64,000 bases of DNA from Octopus vulgaris (taxonomy: Eukaryota): positions 134,478,001-134,542,000 of the forward strand of contig OX597817.1 of assembly GCA_951406725.2 (NCBI GenBank), read 5' to 3'. A model generated the notes under the pieces. That model searched no databases, was not told the DNA's origin, and worked only from the letters and a program-made list of their open reading frames with translations. Made by a program: the position numbers and the translations under genes. Shown piece by piece: positions 27,217-41,127 of the stretch; the first letter of the stretch is position 1, and every line of letters begins with the position of its first letter.

Positions 27217-27427
27217 CACGTCGTGTGTGTGTGTGTGTGTGTGCGTGCATTTTTCATCTGTGCCGCTTCACAACAGATGTTGGTTTGTTTACGCCCCGTA
27301 AATCTGCATTTAGACCACAAAGACCATTAAGGATAGTACTGCGAGCGATTTATTCGACTGAATCATCCAAAGTCGAGCCCCAGCATGGCTGCGGCCCGGT
27401 GACAAAAGCAAATGAAGGATAAAAGAT
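27217..27427 (+). mobile_element. SINE family A, diverged 3' half
   Basis: CGTCGT(GT)n...TGTTTACGCCCCGTAA...CCCCAGCATGGCTGC. Confidence 0.6.
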
Positions 27428-28677
27428 ACACCAAATGACATCGCTTCTGTTTAGATAATCTCATGGCGCACATCCTATTGCTATTGTATTTTAATAATTT
27501 CCACTCTTGTTTCGTGCGGTCGTTCTAATCGAAATTGATCGAACTGTCAATCAGAGTGCATGTATATTGTCATATCTGTCTTTGTTCATTATATTTCCGT
27601 GATTTGCTTTGACCTCGTTATCGGTCGTGACAGCAATGCTCCAGATTACGGTTTTTCAGGTTCTTACGATATACCTGGCTTCCTACTTGTCTCTCCTACT
27701 TCGTCTCAGTTGTTGTCGCCGTAACATCTGGCCAGTCAAAAGAAATGTCAGCCATGTGTTTTCGTGTGTCAGCTGATATCATAAGTATGAGGTTGATGTT
27801 AGTAATCTTTATAGTCTAAACTCAATTCACCCAGGAGTCTCTGTTGTCTTTCATTCGAGTTAAACAATACAAACTGCATTCAAGTATAGAAGTCCATGTG
27901 GCATTCGTCTGTAAAATAATCCTTAGAACGGGGGAAATTGTATTGTGCTATTTGTTCCGGCTCTTTACATTCTGAGTTCAAATCCCGCTGATATCAATTT
28001 TTACCGTCCGAAGTCGATAGCAATAAAGTACCAGTCAAGTACTGTGAAATTATCTATTTATCTCTTCTCCCACAAAATGGCTGGACTTCTACTTAAATTA
28101 GTAACTTTTATTGTAATAAGTATTGTGTGAATTCTTTTTATTATTTTACTTCTATAAGCGATTGTATAAGACACGCAGGATAATCCTGTCTTTGTATGTC
28201 CTCTCTGTTTTTAGCCCCTTGTGGGTAGTAAACAAATAGGTATTTCGTCTGTCTATACGTTCTGAGTTCAAATTTCGCCGAGGTCTGTTTTATACAATCG
28301 CTTGCCGGGACACATCTACCTAAAGCAAGTGAAAATTAAGAGATGTTTAAATATAATTGAAAGTTTGCGAAGGGAAAGTAGGAGGGCACTACAGAAAAAA
28401 AATCATATAATGCAAAATAAAAAACATTTGACTAATGTTGATAGAGATTTTTTCTAAGGATGTGAGGAGTAATTGTCAGCACAATCATTTGGATTTCTGT
28501 GAGAGATGGGTCACCTGAGACGTTTTCTAGGTGTTTATAACTTTGTTTATCATACCATAAGCACCTCCAATAACAAGGACGGTTTTTGGTTTAAATTGTA
28601 TTTTAATTTGTTGATTCTTTTATTTAATTTGTTTCTTAAATTCCTTGACAGGTACAATAATTCCAGAGGTCATATTA

Positions 28678-28769
<92 letters not shown>

Positions 28770-28789
28770 CATTATTATTATTATTATAC

Positions 28790-29256
28790 AGGTGCAATGT
28801 GGCTACGCCTGTGGTAAGAAGTTTGCTTCCCAACCTCATGGTTCTGGGTTCAGTTCCACGCCATGGTATCTTGGGCAAGTGTCTCGTACTATAGCCTCGG
28901 GCCGACCAAGGCCTTGAGTGGATTTGACAGACGGAAACTGAAAGAAGCCCATCGTATATATTTGTGTGTGTACGTGTGCGTGCGTGTGTGTGCATGCGTG
29001 TGCGTGCGTGTGTGTGTGTGAGTGTGTAAGTGTGCGTGTGTGCTTGTCTTTGTGTCACTACTGCTTGATAATCGTTGTTGGCGTGTTTACGTCTCCGTAA
29101 CTTAGTGGTTCAGCAAAAGATCCGCCTGGTAGACTAAATACCAGGCTTTAACAAATTTGTAATGGGGTCAAATCATTCGGCAAAACATTCTTCAAGGAGG
29201 TGGCCCAGGATGGCTGAAGTCTAATGATTGAAAGAAGTGAAAGATAAAAGATGAAA
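28790..29256 (+). mobile_element. SINE family A, full length, next to the (TTA)n array at 28679-28787
   Basis: Colinear with 114-524. Confidence 0.8.
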
Positions 29257-29414
29257 GATTATCCTACCCTTGCTTTAAATGGTACGAGCTGCACCCAAGT
29301 CTCAACCAGACATGGCAACGGACAGCAAGCATTTGCAACTCGTTATTCTGGGGTTGCTGTAATCAACAAATCCCCTTAAAACCCCCTGGTCTTCTACTAA
29401 AGTCAGAAACCAAT

Positions 29415-30000
29415 ATTCTATTCTCCTCTAGACACAAGGTCCGAAATTTTGGGGGAGTGGGGGCCTGTCAATTAGATCGACCCCAGTACGCAACTGATAC
29501 TTAATTTATCAACCCTGAAAGGATGAAAGGCATAGTCAACCTCGGCGAAATTTGAACTCACAACGTAAAGACAGACGAAATACCTATTTCTTTACTACCA
29601 ACAGGGGGCTAAACACAGAGAGGACAAACAAGGACAGACAAACGGATTAAATCGATTATATCGGCCCCAGTGCGTAACTGGTACTTATTTAATCGACCCC
29701 GAAATGATGAATAGCAAAGTCGACCTCAGCGGAATTTGAACTCAGAACGTAGCGGCAGAGGAAATACCTATATCTTTATTACCAACAGGGGGCTAAACAC
29801 AGAGAGGACAAACAAGGACAGACAAACGGATTAAATCGATTATATCGACCCCAGCGCGTAACTGGTAATTATTTAATCGACCCCGAAAGGATGAAAGGCA
29901 AAGTTGACCTCTGCGGAATTTGAACTCAGAACGTAATCGCAGACGAAATACCACCAAGCACTTCGGTCGGCGTGCTAACGTTTCTACCAACTCACCGCCT
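29415..30000 (-). mobile_element. SINE family B, head-to-tail trimer
   Basis: One head followed by three body units. Junctions read GACGAAATACCTATTTCTTTACTACC (about 29575) and GGAAATACCTATATCTTTATTACC (about 29760) on the + strand. Confidence 0.85.
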
Positions 30001-30312
30001 TAGTCAGAAACCAATATCAAGAGCCATCAATAGTTGAATTGACAGCGTCAGATAGAATTCTCTGCGGTATTTAGCTACGTTTGCTTTCGATTCGTGTTCC
30101 ATACCTGCCAGTGTCAACTTGTCTTTTCATATATCTTAGTTCAATAAATAAGCACTAATATACTGCTGTCGATAAATAAGCACCAATATGCAGTCGCCTG
30201 CACAATTTGGTCACAACAGGTGTCCTTGTATTTATTCTAGAAATCATCATCATCATTATTAAAATTATTGTTGACATTAATATTATTACCATTATCATTA
30301 TTATTATTATTG

Positions 30313-30377
<65 letters not shown>

Positions 30378-31154
30378 GGGGCAGAATTATAGTGAAAAGA
30401 GTAAAGTTTTGCCTCGGAGTCTATTGTTATGACCTCTTTCATTCAGTGTGCAAATGCCGCCAGAGTAACTTAGCCTTTTATCTCTGTTGCGATCGATAAA
30501 AGTCTTTATCAGTTATTGGTTTGTTGACAGATGTTTTTGGAGGTCTCAGAATTTAAAAGATTACTTTAAAATATCAATGAGAGAAAGATTTTTCTTTTAT
30601 TTATTTATGTCATTTTACATTCACACCCTGTGCTAAGTTTTGTTTGCGTTAATCACGCTAGAATGAGCGCGCTACTGAAAGTAGCTGTGTCTCTAACTAG
30701 AACTTCGTGTCTGGCAAAACCGTGTGTAGGTCACAATAAATTGTGAAGGTATCTAAAGCGATCCTTTATAACCTGAGCATCGTGAGAATAGAGGAAATGT
30801 TTTTCCCTAAAGTAGGGAATATAATGCCAAGAGTAATTAGAATAAGATACAGTCGACACGATTGGTTTTTAAGGCTATTCTTTTCCCAATCGCAATGCAA
30901 AACACGGTGGTGGGGAGCTACCAAAACCATTAATCAAACACTTGGAAAGAATGCAGCAGTAGCAACAGCAGCTGCAGCAGTAGTTTTAGGAACAATGGAC
31001 AGAAAGTACGGGACGAGAATTATGAAATGTAGCAAGAATAGCAACAGTCGCAAATACAGGGTGGAGTAAAAATACCCGACAGATTCTGCATACTTGATAA
31101 ACATTTTGGTTTCATGTTTTTCACAATGGCAACTATTACGAGGGAAGAAGTAAG

Positions 31155-31312
31155 TCGTTTACAACGACCCCAGTGTTCAACTTGGTTTGTCGGCACCAAA
31201 TGATGAAGTGCAAAATCGACCTCAGCAGAATTAGAACTCAGAACATAAATACGGACAAAATGCTGCCAAGTATTTTGTCAGACGTGCTAATGATTCTGCC
31301 AGCTCTCCACCT
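31155..31312 (-). mobile_element. SINE family B, diverged copy
   Basis: CGACCCCAG...TCGACCTCAGCAGAATTAGAACTCAGAAC...GTGCTAATGATTCTGCCAGCTC. Confidence 0.7.
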
Positions 31313-31863
31313 TATTCTTGATAAACATATTAATTATAATGTCAACGTGCACCAGTCCAAACGACGAATGGCAATGAAAGAATCGGTAAAACAATTAGCT
31401 ACGTGAAAACACCATTACCATCTGCGTTTTGTGGTGACCGATGAGGAGACAACTACTCCGAAATGTTAACATCTCACAGTCTCGGTAGATGGCGCTGCGA
31501 GCTGGCATAGATGTATACACACCATTTGTCAACAAGCGGAATATATTCTCCGTGATAAAACGCAGCGAGTAGCTTGTTACCCAGGTCGAAGCTGTATCGA
31601 GCATATTCGAACTGATAATAACATTGCAGTTTCGCTTACCACTACTCAGCGCTCCCCGCTCCGTAACTTCGCTTGTGGCAACATGAAATTGACTGAATAG
31701 TCCATTGTTGCCTGTTGCTTCTTCATGTCTTTTTTTTTTGTACTCCTTGTCTTGTTTTTCCCTTTTCGCTGCTTTCACTACGCCCTCATACCTAACTGTC
31801 ACTGGCAAGGTTTCCTTATCTTGGGATAGGTATCACATTAAGATCCCAAATTCGATACGTAGA

Positions 31864-31915
<52 letters not shown>

Positions 31916-31959
31916 TACTTTTAATCTGCATATTTGTTACAAATACTAGCTGAGACACA

Positions 31960-32176
31960 ACCGGCGTCCTGTCTTTCTTCTTGATCTTGAGACAGCATTC
32001 ACCCGGGGTGGGTTGAGCTGGTTTAATTCATCCTCAATGCTGCATCTCTCACAAACGCCGACCAGTCCTGGCAATTTGAGGCAAACGATCGCGTGATCTC
32101 CAACCACTCCTTATTCCAGCGGTGACCGCCGTAGATATGAGGGCCTAGGTTGGGTTCCAGATCAGCCTTGCCTGTC
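31960..32176 (-). mobile_element. RTE-clade LINE 3' end
   Basis: ADLEPNLGPHIYGGHRWNKEWLEITRSFASNCQDWSAFVRDA...SSTHPG* matches RTE-type ORF C-termini. Confidence 0.7.
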
Positions 32177-32231
32177 ATCAGCCAGGTTTTTCGTTCTCCT
32201 CTGGAAACATGGGTGTTTCGTTCAACACCCA

Positions 32232-32515
32232 GGATGCAGTTGAGTGAGGCACCAACAAAACACCTTGTAACATCAAAGATAAACTGAAGGCAAGTATTAT
32301 GGCAGCATTCACCAACTTAAACAAGAAGACAGTACAGATGATTTGCAGGAGATTCCGAAGCCGTTTGGAGGCTGTGGTTGAAGTCAATGGCGATTTTATT
32401 GAATAAATTAACTCTTTAGTATTTCAAGGTATTTTTATGTAATTTTGGTAAATAAAATGTCAGTGTTATTTTCATTTTTGTGTAATTTAGACAACATTAT
32501 ATTCACCGCACCCTG
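32232..32515 (+). mobile_element. Tc1/mariner-superfamily transposon 3' end
   Basis: TNKTPCNIKDKLKASIMAAFTNLNKKTVQMICRRFRSRLEAVVEVNGDFIE* (stop at 32404-32406), then a terminus ...CACCCTG (reverse of CAGGGTG). Confidence 0.8.
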
Positions 32516-32527
32516 TGTATATAAACA

Positions 32528-32680
32528 GAATTCTTTCAGTTTCCGTCTACCAAATCCACTCACAGGGATGTTGGTCGGACCGAGACTAGAGTACAAGACA
32601 CATGCCCAAGGTGCCACGCAGCGGGACGGAACTCGGAGCCATGTGGTTCGGAAGCGAACTTCTTACCACAGCCACAGCTG
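32528..32680 (-). mobile_element. SINE family A, 5' half
   Basis: Reverse complement of the family A head through GTAGACGGAAACTGAAAGAA. Confidence 0.75.
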
Positions 32681-33516
32681 CAACTCTAGAATTGTGGAGG
32701 AGTACAAAATATCTCTTTAAACCTAGCCTGACAATTACATACTAGAGTGCATCGATATATATTGGACACCTCTAAGGACCGAATTATCGATTTTACGGAA
32801 ATTAATACATACAAATAGAGACAGCTGATCTCAACACGAATATTGAGTACTCGTTATCAAGTTCGAATTTCTGTTCCTAGCGCAAACGTATACATATGAA
32901 CGTGAATATAGATGTATATGCACACACTCGCACACGCACGCACGCACGAACCCCCCCCACACACACACACATGCATGCATACATACATACATACATACAT
33001 AAATACGTACATACATATTTAATATTTAAATTATCTGAGACACAATCAATGAATCGCTGATTGATTTTTCGGGATGATCACAGGCTATTTCGATTTTATA
33101 GAACTAAGAATCGATCTTTTATAGCAAGACAGGATTAAATTCTCCACTGTGTTTTGCACTTAAAGTCCGTCGTACTTAATACATAAATGAGTCAATCGTT
33201 TGGTGTAAAGATTTGCCTGTCTCGGTCAGGTGTCTTCAAATCCTATTAAAGAGAAACCACACTGAATAGATTGGAGGTGATTAAGTTATATTTGAAGTTG
33301 TCTCTGTCTAAATGAGTGGAAGACTTATGAAGAAAGACAAACGTACACGCAGCCTTCTTAATTGTGCACGTCTACCTACAATGCATACGTAAGCATGCAG
33401 ACGGCTAAATTTATACAGCAGCTAAATGTACTCGTGAACTGCAACGTAATAAGAGTTCAGAATTGTAACTTCATCGATATTTATATTAGCACCAGAAATA
33501 GTAGCAGAGCTCTAGT

Positions 33517-34050
33517 AATCATCATCATTGTTCGACCGTGGTCGAGACAATGGAATTTACCATGCTACGCCAGACTTCACGGTCCATCATGGCATTACGG
33601 AGGTCCTGTTGCTGGATGCCTGTATCCCTGGAGATCACATCAGGGTAGGAGAGTGTGCACCCTCTGGTATTGCGAGTAGATGGCTTCCAGAGGAGAAGAG
33701 TAGAAATTACTTCTTTTTCAGCTCTACAATAATGTCCAGCAAACTGGACTCTCCTACCTTTCACAAGAGATGACACAGGTAGTAGTTTCCCATATATTTG
33801 CATTTTGGTTGGATGGCGCTTCCACGAGAGATTTTGAGCTCTCATAGGGAGGCGAGTGTAGGTTCCATCCAACCGCCTCTCAAGCTTCTTTGATAACGTC
33901 CAGGTTTCTGAGCCATATAGTAGAATTGGTTCGACTGTGGCTTTGAAGATTTCAAGTTTGAAGTCTCTACTTAGATTTGATGACCAGATCTTATGCATGT
34001 CATTACAGGCTGACCAGGCCATACCCTTTCTAGTAATAATCCAGTCTGTA
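33517..34050 (-). mobile_element. RTE-type LINE ORF C-terminal fragment
   Basis: AWSACNDMHKIWSS...KLEIFKATVEPILLYGSETWTL...RRVQFAGH...DREVWR, with a short (TGA)n tail. Confidence 0.85.
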
Positions 34051-35039
34051 TTATTCATTTTTGGATGGAACGAACTACCACGAAATAAACAAATGAAACA
34101 GTTGAACGCCATGGATTAATAAGAGGTGGAAAGAGCAATGAGAATATATATGCGCTTCTTGCGAGTCCATTAGAATTGCGAGGGAAAATACGGAAGTAAA
34201 AAGCTATTCATGGCTCACCTTCAGATGACAGGACGTAAATAGTGAGCTTCGTTAAAGGTATTACTTGGTCATGATGATGTGAAACCGGAGTTACGGATGA
34301 AGATTTACAGCGGGTTGCGTATAAACTTTCTAACTACTTATAGTTTTTAAATCTTGTTTGTTAAAGATAATTTGGCCCGTTTAATTTCCATATTTGTGAT
34401 CTTGTTTAATGTGGAATAAAGCTGTATACATCGTAGATTATTACAGGCTCCTAGTTTCTCTGAGCAAAGATAATGAATGTTCCCTTTCTGTGGAAGATGC
34501 TAGGCCTTATTTCTTATTTAGATATAAGTTTGAAAGCAGAGTCGAAAGAGAGGAGTTACTACTAAATGAAGGGCGAAACGGTTTAAATGCACAAATCTCC
34601 GATACACAAGTAGCTACAAATTATCAGTGAGAGGGCAGAGAGGAGACATGACCTGGATGTAGCCCGGCCCTATTAGAGTATAAGAAATAAAGGGCTAAAC
34701 GATTGCCTGAGACAGGTTTCTTCTCTGAAGAACTTCTGCTATTTAGGTCTCTTGCGAGATTCTTACCATTTAATCAATACACATGTACGCACATACATAC
34801 ATACTTGCATGCAAAAATACCCTGTTGCTGATGAAATGCCAATAAAGGAACCTTGGATCTAGGTTAGAAACCAGTTCTTTCTCTATTGGTAAGAAATCTT
34901 AAAATAAACTGAATAATGACATGCATACATATATACATACATGTGTGTGTGTGTGTACTGATAATACTGTACACGTACCGGGTACTCACGTTGTATTTTT
35001 TGTGTTTGTTGTTTTATGGATTTACTATATATATATGTA

Positions 35040-35091
<52 letters not shown>

Positions 35092-35968
35092 CATACATAT
35101 ATATATATGAAATCTTTTAGTATATGTATTTATTTGTATATATATATAAATATATATATATATATGTAATCCGTAAGATTGCATGATTACGAAAGAGAAT
35201 AAAGAGTGAGAGAGAGGAGGAGAGAGTGACAGAGGAAAAGAGATAGAGAGAGTCAGAATAAGAGAGAACACTTGTGAGGAAATTTGTCGGTGTGTTATTG
35301 TCTACCTGTGTGTGTGTGTGTGTGTGTGTGTCTATTTCTTCCCTTTCTTTTTAGTGGTGTGTGAAGGAATTAAGCGATATTCAGTGCTTCCTACAGGAAT
35401 AAAAACGACACATAAAAAAAATGAAATAAAAAGACTAAGAAAAAAAAATAGAGAAACGTCTAAGTATAGAAAAGAAAACCAACTTTGTGAATTAGTGAAT
35501 GTCATCAGTTAGTTTTCTAAGTGAATGCAAGAAGAAGCAGGGTTGGCTTAAGTAGTTAAAGAACAAATAGTTAAGCTGTTTATTCCAGTTGAACCGTTTT
35601 TGGTAATATTATAGAATTTCTGGAGCCGTTTCCTAGAATGCCCATCCTTTCACCGTTACGTCTCTCTCAATACTAAATTACGCCATTACTTCGATAAAAA
35701 GTAAAAACTATTAAATTTTTTCTAAAGGAAAGAAGTTTCTTTTTCTTTTCTCTTTAGTTTGTTTATATTTTATCCTTATTTTTTTATTTATCTATCTTTT
35801 CATTTATTTATATATTTATCTATTTATGTATTTATTTATTTATTTTTGGTTTGTCAAATCACTTGAGACAGTTTCATTGAGACGATTGTTTGTTGTGCAG
35901 AACTGCTTCTTGTATTTATCTATGCGTCTATTTGTTTATGAATTCGTTTATACACACATATGCATACT

Positions 35969-36002
<34 letters not shown>

Positions 36003-36530
36003 TACACACACACACATATATAGATATTGTGTGTATGTGTGTTTGTGTCTGTGTCTGTGTGTCTGTGTGTGTGTAGGTATGTATGTATAACATCTTTAGC
36101 GTACAGCAATAGAAACATTGTGAACAGGATAAATTCCCATTGTGGGAACAGAAATAGAAAAATAGCATTAACTAAAATAATAATAACAATAAAAATAATA
36201 ACAATAAAACTAAAGATAGAATGAAATCCGTCATGTGATTATATTTCATTGTCTTGCAATGAAACTGATACATCAAGATGGCGTTATGTTCCTAATTCCT
36301 AATCGAGATTTTAAATATCTATTAGCAGCGCCGGTGTAAAGTGTTGAGATACCAAGAGATTCATGGATATAAATTCTTGGTTATAAATTATACTTGGCTG
36401 TTTAATAGGAGTTTACAAACGTAAACCTAACCACACGGATTTGTCGTAAATTTAACATTCATTGATTTTTGTTCTTGAGTTCTTTGCTGTGTATAGATTG
36501 TTCCGTACAAGATTTTGGTGCTAAGAACTG

Positions 36531-36852
36531 GCACTTCGTCGGTGGCAACGGCGAGGCTTCCAGTTGATCCAATCAACGGAACAGCCTGTCCCTGAAATTA
36601 ACGTGCAAGTGGCTGAGCACTCTACAGACACGTGTGTTCTTAACGTAGTTCTCAGGGTGATTCAACATGACAGGGAATGTGACAAGGCTGGCCCTTCGAA
36701 ATTTTTGGCACAGCTCACGTTTGCCAGCTGAGTAGACTAGATCAACGTGGAATAAAGCGTCCTGCTCAAGGACACAACACACCAGCGTGTTTCAAACTCA
36801 CGATCTCGTGATCGTGGGCCGAATGCGCTAAACACTAAGCCACGCGACTTCA
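36531..36852 (-). mobile_element. tRNA-derived SINE, mosaic of the family C head/body and the family D tail
   Basis: The 5' part matches 48375-48712 (TTGAGCA..AC.CTTTATT.CACGTTG...ACTCAGCTG). The 3' part matches 48861-49240 (GGGCC.GCCTTGTCAC...GAGAACTACGTTAAG...CCGACG.AGTGC). Confidence 0.75.
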
Positions 36853-36994
36853 CTTTTGGCGTTGGAAAAGTATTAAAGCGCTTTGTCTCTAAGTAATGAA
36901 GTCCGCTACATGTTACTGTTTTCGACGATTCTCAGGACACATGGGGCCGGGTACCCGGTTCCCATGACATAAAAAAATGACTGACATAAAGCGA

Positions 36995-37202
36995 CAAAGT
37001 GGCGGAATCGTTAGCACGCCGGAAAAAAATGCTTAGCGACATTTCGTCCGTATTTACCTTCAGAGCTCAAACTCCGTCGTGGTTGACTTTACCTTCATCT
37101 TTTTATAAATAAATATCAATTCAACCGTGGTGTCCATGTTATCAACTATACCTCCCCCTTACACCACAAAATTTCAGGACTTGTTCCTAAAGTGAAAAGG
37201 AT
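36995..37202 (+). mobile_element. SINE family B, diverged copy
   Basis: TGGCGGAATCGTTAGCACGCCGG...ATTTCGTCCG...CAAAATTTCAGGACTTGTTCCTA. Confidence 0.7.
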
Positions 37203-37675
37203 TGAAGTGACTGGGATTACAAAACCCTGTCGCAGGGTTAGGAATTGACAACCGAGTGGAATCGAACAATTTTTAACGGCGTGCTTTGCTCAAGAAAAAT
37301 AAATGCACTGCCTAGCCATGGTACCGAAACTATAATATTGCAATCGTGAGTGCAACATCATAACCACTAAGCCACGCGCTTTCACGTGATGAATATCGTC
37401 ATCGAAAATGTACCCAATGGAATTTAATCATTCACTTTATTCTTGTCTTACGATCAAATCTCGCCACCGTTGCAACTTCCCCCAGGACTGTTTCTAATAC
37501 ATGTCGTAAGTATGATCCAGTATGACTAGGATACTACGGAGGCATCAGTTGAAACTTTACCTACACTCTCCCTCACACGCATGCTGGAATCTGTGGAATA
37601 AAACCGAGAATGGTTCAATATATGTTCGTAAATTCCTCAAATATAATTCAAAACATAAACGCCAAATGCAGATCT

Positions 37676-38071
37676 ATGAGGGCCTCCACAAAAGAAACTA
37701 GGATTTTATGGTATTATTTTATTCACTCAGTTTTAAATGTATACGCTTTTATCGCCTTCAAAGTATTCTCCATTTGAAACAATACATCGGTCCAGACGAG
37801 TCTACTACTGTTCGAAGCTGTCCAGGAAGTCTTGCGAAGTAATGTGTTTTTTTACTTCCTCAACAAAAAACAGAATTTCCCGGAAGCACGCTGTTCCTTT
37901 TTTCAGCCAAGGGGAGAAGCACTGTAAAACAAAGACGCACTACGTGGCAGTATGGCTTCTCCTGACGCCGCCGGTCGACAGACTCATGCCTGAGGATCGC
38001 ATCAAGTGGCTTCTAGCGGCGAAAGCCTGATCTACAACGGGCTTGTCCCAGAGAGAAGTTTCCTCCTCGTA
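37676..38071 (-). mobile_element. Internally deleted mariner-like element
   Basis: Ends TATGAGGG... and ...CCTCGTA. The minus strand encodes DFLDSFEQ**TRLDRCIVSNGEYFEGDK, a transposase C-terminus. Confidence 0.65.
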
Positions 38072-38577
38072 CATGGTTGTTGCTGCTGTTATCGCTGTTG
38101 CTAAACTACTGTGCAAGTAGCAGATTGCTTCTATATTATTCAGTTAATTTATTAAAAAGAAGTATAAGATGACTCTGACGTCGAAGTTTCGCCAACAGTG
38201 GGTTTGTCCAGCAACGTTATTCTTTTACGCTATCTAAGTTCCCTTCCAAAGGGACACTAGGATATCTACCAGTAATATGTTGAGTTATAATTTATTCTAA
38301 CTTTCACGACGATGTGTTCGAAAGATACAAAAACGTTTGAGAAAGACTACTTCTTCTATCTCAGCTTTTTTATGATTGCTTCTGGGTTTTTTTAAGTGTG
38401 ACTTCTTTGAATCTACTTTTCGTCACTTTTCTCATTTGATAGCAAATCTGCATTCTTGTGTCACGTGGATGAATATCTTTTCTCACTTTGTTCTTGTGTA
38501 GTCCTAGATCTAAAATGAACGAACAGACTTAACACATGCATTCCACTCCTGACCACCCCATTCTTTTTTCCAATTAA

Positions 38578-38790
38578 GATATTGGTTTCTAATTTTGGCA
38601 CAAGGCCAGCAACGTCGGTGCTAAGTCGATTACATCGAACCCAATAAACAACAGGCATTTATTTTGTCGGCCCTGAAAGAATGAATGGCAAAGTCGACCT
38701 CGGCAGAATCTGAATTTACACCGTAAAGGCAAACGAAATGCCGTTTAACCATTTTACCCGGCGTGCTCGCGATTTTACCAGATCGCCGCC
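38578..38790 (-). mobile_element. SINE family B, diverged copy
   Basis: GGCACAAGGCC...GGCAAAGTCGACCTCGGCAGAAT...CCCGGCGTGCT. Confidence 0.7.
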
Positions 38791-38974
38791 CTATTTCGAC
38801 CTGAGATATTATTATTATTTTGCGTTTAACGACCTCAGGTTTCGACGGTCTTTGCAGCACTGTTTCGAACTTACGTATGCCTGGTACATAATATCAAATA
38901 ATATTTTCTTAGCTTCTGTCGACGTAAACCAACCTCAAGTTTTGCGCTACAGTCTTGGTTATGATTTCTTATAT

Positions 38975-39505
38975 TTTTTACTTGTTTCATGCTGGAGCAC
39001 TGACATGAATTTTTAGTTGAATGAATCGATTCCAGTAGACTTCTTTCAGCAGGGTACTTATTCTATCGGTCTGGTTTGCCGACACGCTAATTAACGTGGG
39101 ACGCAAAGACACCAAAGCCGGTTATCAAGTGGTGGTGAGAAAAAACAGAGATACAGTTGCGTGGACGTCCCCCGACGATGAAGTAGGCTAGCCTAATACG
39201 TAGATATAGAGGGAGAAGCCTAGACGTCAAGAGAACAGAGTTGAGTAGCAGTCGGAGGAGTAGAGAGGAGTCGAGTTGAGTGGAAGGCATCCGAACGTGC
39301 CACATAACAGATACAAACAGCAATACACAAATACCAATACACATACACACACATACGACGGGTCTTTTTTGCGTTTTTGTCTACGAAATCCTCTCCCAAG
39401 GCTTTGAGCGGCCCGAGGCTATAGACACTTGCCCAAAATTCCACGCAGTTTAAGTGAACCATGTGGTTGGGAAGCAAGCTTCCTACTACGCTGCTACACC
39501 TGCGC
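38975..39505 (-). mobile_element. SINE family A, full length, with a ~150-bp unrelated insert (about 39155-39305)
   Basis: Head at 39355-39505 and tail at 38975-39140 are colinear on the minus strand, either side of a purine-rich insert. Confidence 0.65.
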
Positions 39506-39668
39506 ATATGTGGGGTTTTTTTTTTCTATTTTAGATGTACCAAGTAACAATAAAAGCAAATATCCTGATGACACATTTGAAGAACATGGGGAATATCATG
39601 AAAACATAAATTTTCATATGATCCAACAGAATCCAAAGAGATCGGTGTTAGTCTACGTCGGAAAAACC

Positions 39669-39805
39669 TACGAGGGAAGCTGAAAAGTTCTTGGTTTTAA
39701 GGGTATCGCGAAAGGCCTGGTTTGAAGTCCAACCTTCCGAGTTCTTTTACTGGGCTTAGAAAAACTGAAGGACCGCTGCGATAGATGTGTGAATCTGAGA
39801 GGAAC
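39669..39805 (+). mobile_element. Mariner-derived MITE fragment
   Basis: TACGAGGG...CTGAAAAGTTC terminus followed by GLEKLKDRCDRCVNLRG. Confidence 0.65.
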
Positions 39806-40729
39806 TTTATCCTGAATTTTTGCGATTGAGATGACAAATATCATCTCTTTAGGGAATCTTCTGAAGCAACGTGTTTTAAGATGTCCGACACTAGATCTGA
39901 CATTTGAAGACACATATGGCTAAGCTTCTTTGAATTCCGTTAAGAATATGTTGTTCTCTTAGAAAATGATAATGGAGTAACACTATGAGAATTTAGCATA
40001 CCGGCAACCCACCAGCTATCACATAATAATGTATGGCAATCTGTTGTATTTCGAGAGGGTCATGATATCAAACAAACGCACTGGTTCTATTTCAATTCAC
40101 GTTACTTGTCAATTATTAAAATATTTAACCGATGAATTAGTCGACATTTTGATTTATCGTTTGGTCAGTAAACTAGGTTTGTCAAAATCGTTTCGATAAC
40201 TAATAAATACAACTGAAGTGATATTCAACCAGTGTGTGTGTTTATCATTGGCACAATGACTCTCCCGAGGTTTAAGAGAATATGTTTCTATATTCGTGTT
40301 CTAATTAAGAATCTTCTAAACCAAGTACAAAAAAAAGATAAAATCAAAATATATGACATTATTTTTTATAGATAAATTATCCTCGTCTACTCTCTTAGAG
40401 CCAGCCGTCATCTGCAGACGTGTAGAGCTTGATAACATATATCGTACATTTGTATGCATCGGTGGCCTCACAAAAAGACATAAACTCCGTCTGAATTCTT
40501 TCGTCTATGACCAAGTGGCATGGCCAAGATGTAGCCGCTGAAAAGAAATGTAACCGCTGGAACGAGATGTAACCGCTGCAACTGTTGGTACTGATTTATA
40601 AATAATAGAATTTGACTAACGGGAGGTGTCTTGTGGTGTCCTGTCCATGAACTGAACTCACGGTATTATGATCGCGAATTGAATACCTAAACCATTAGAG
40701 CACACGACTTCACTAATACTACTCTAATT

Positions 40730-41127
40730 ATTCTTTTCTACTCTAGGCACAAGGCCCGAAATTTTGGGGAAGGGAACCAGTTGATTAGCTCGACCTTAGT
40801 ACACAATGGGTACTTAATTTATCGAACTTGAAAGAAAGAAAGCAAAGTCGACCTCGGCGGAATCAGAATCCAGAACGTAAAGACAGACGAAATGCCTATT
40901 TCTTTACTACCCACAAGGGGCTAAACACAGGGGACAAACAAGGACAGACAAACGGATTAGGTCGATTACATCGACCCCAGTGCGTAACTGGTACTTAATT
41001 TATCGACCCCGAAAGGATGAAAGGCAAAGTCGACCCCGGCAGAATTTGAGCTCAGAACGTAGCGGCAGATGAAATACTGCCAAGCATTTCGCCCGGCGTG
41101 CTACCGTTTCTGCCAGCTCACCACCTT
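40730..41127 (-). mobile_element. SINE family B, head-to-tail dimer
   Basis: Head plus two body units, with junction GACGAAATGCCTATTTCTTTACTACC at about 40887-40912. Confidence 0.85.

Noticed and set aside
34824-34890. CTGATGA...GAAACCAGTTC hammerhead candidate
   Set aside because: No stem I or stem III pairing. The segment folds better as a simple hairpin (CCAATA/TATTGG).
37985-38030. CTGAGGA...GAAAG hammerhead candidate
   Set aside because: Stems I and III do not pair, and it lies within a mariner remnant.
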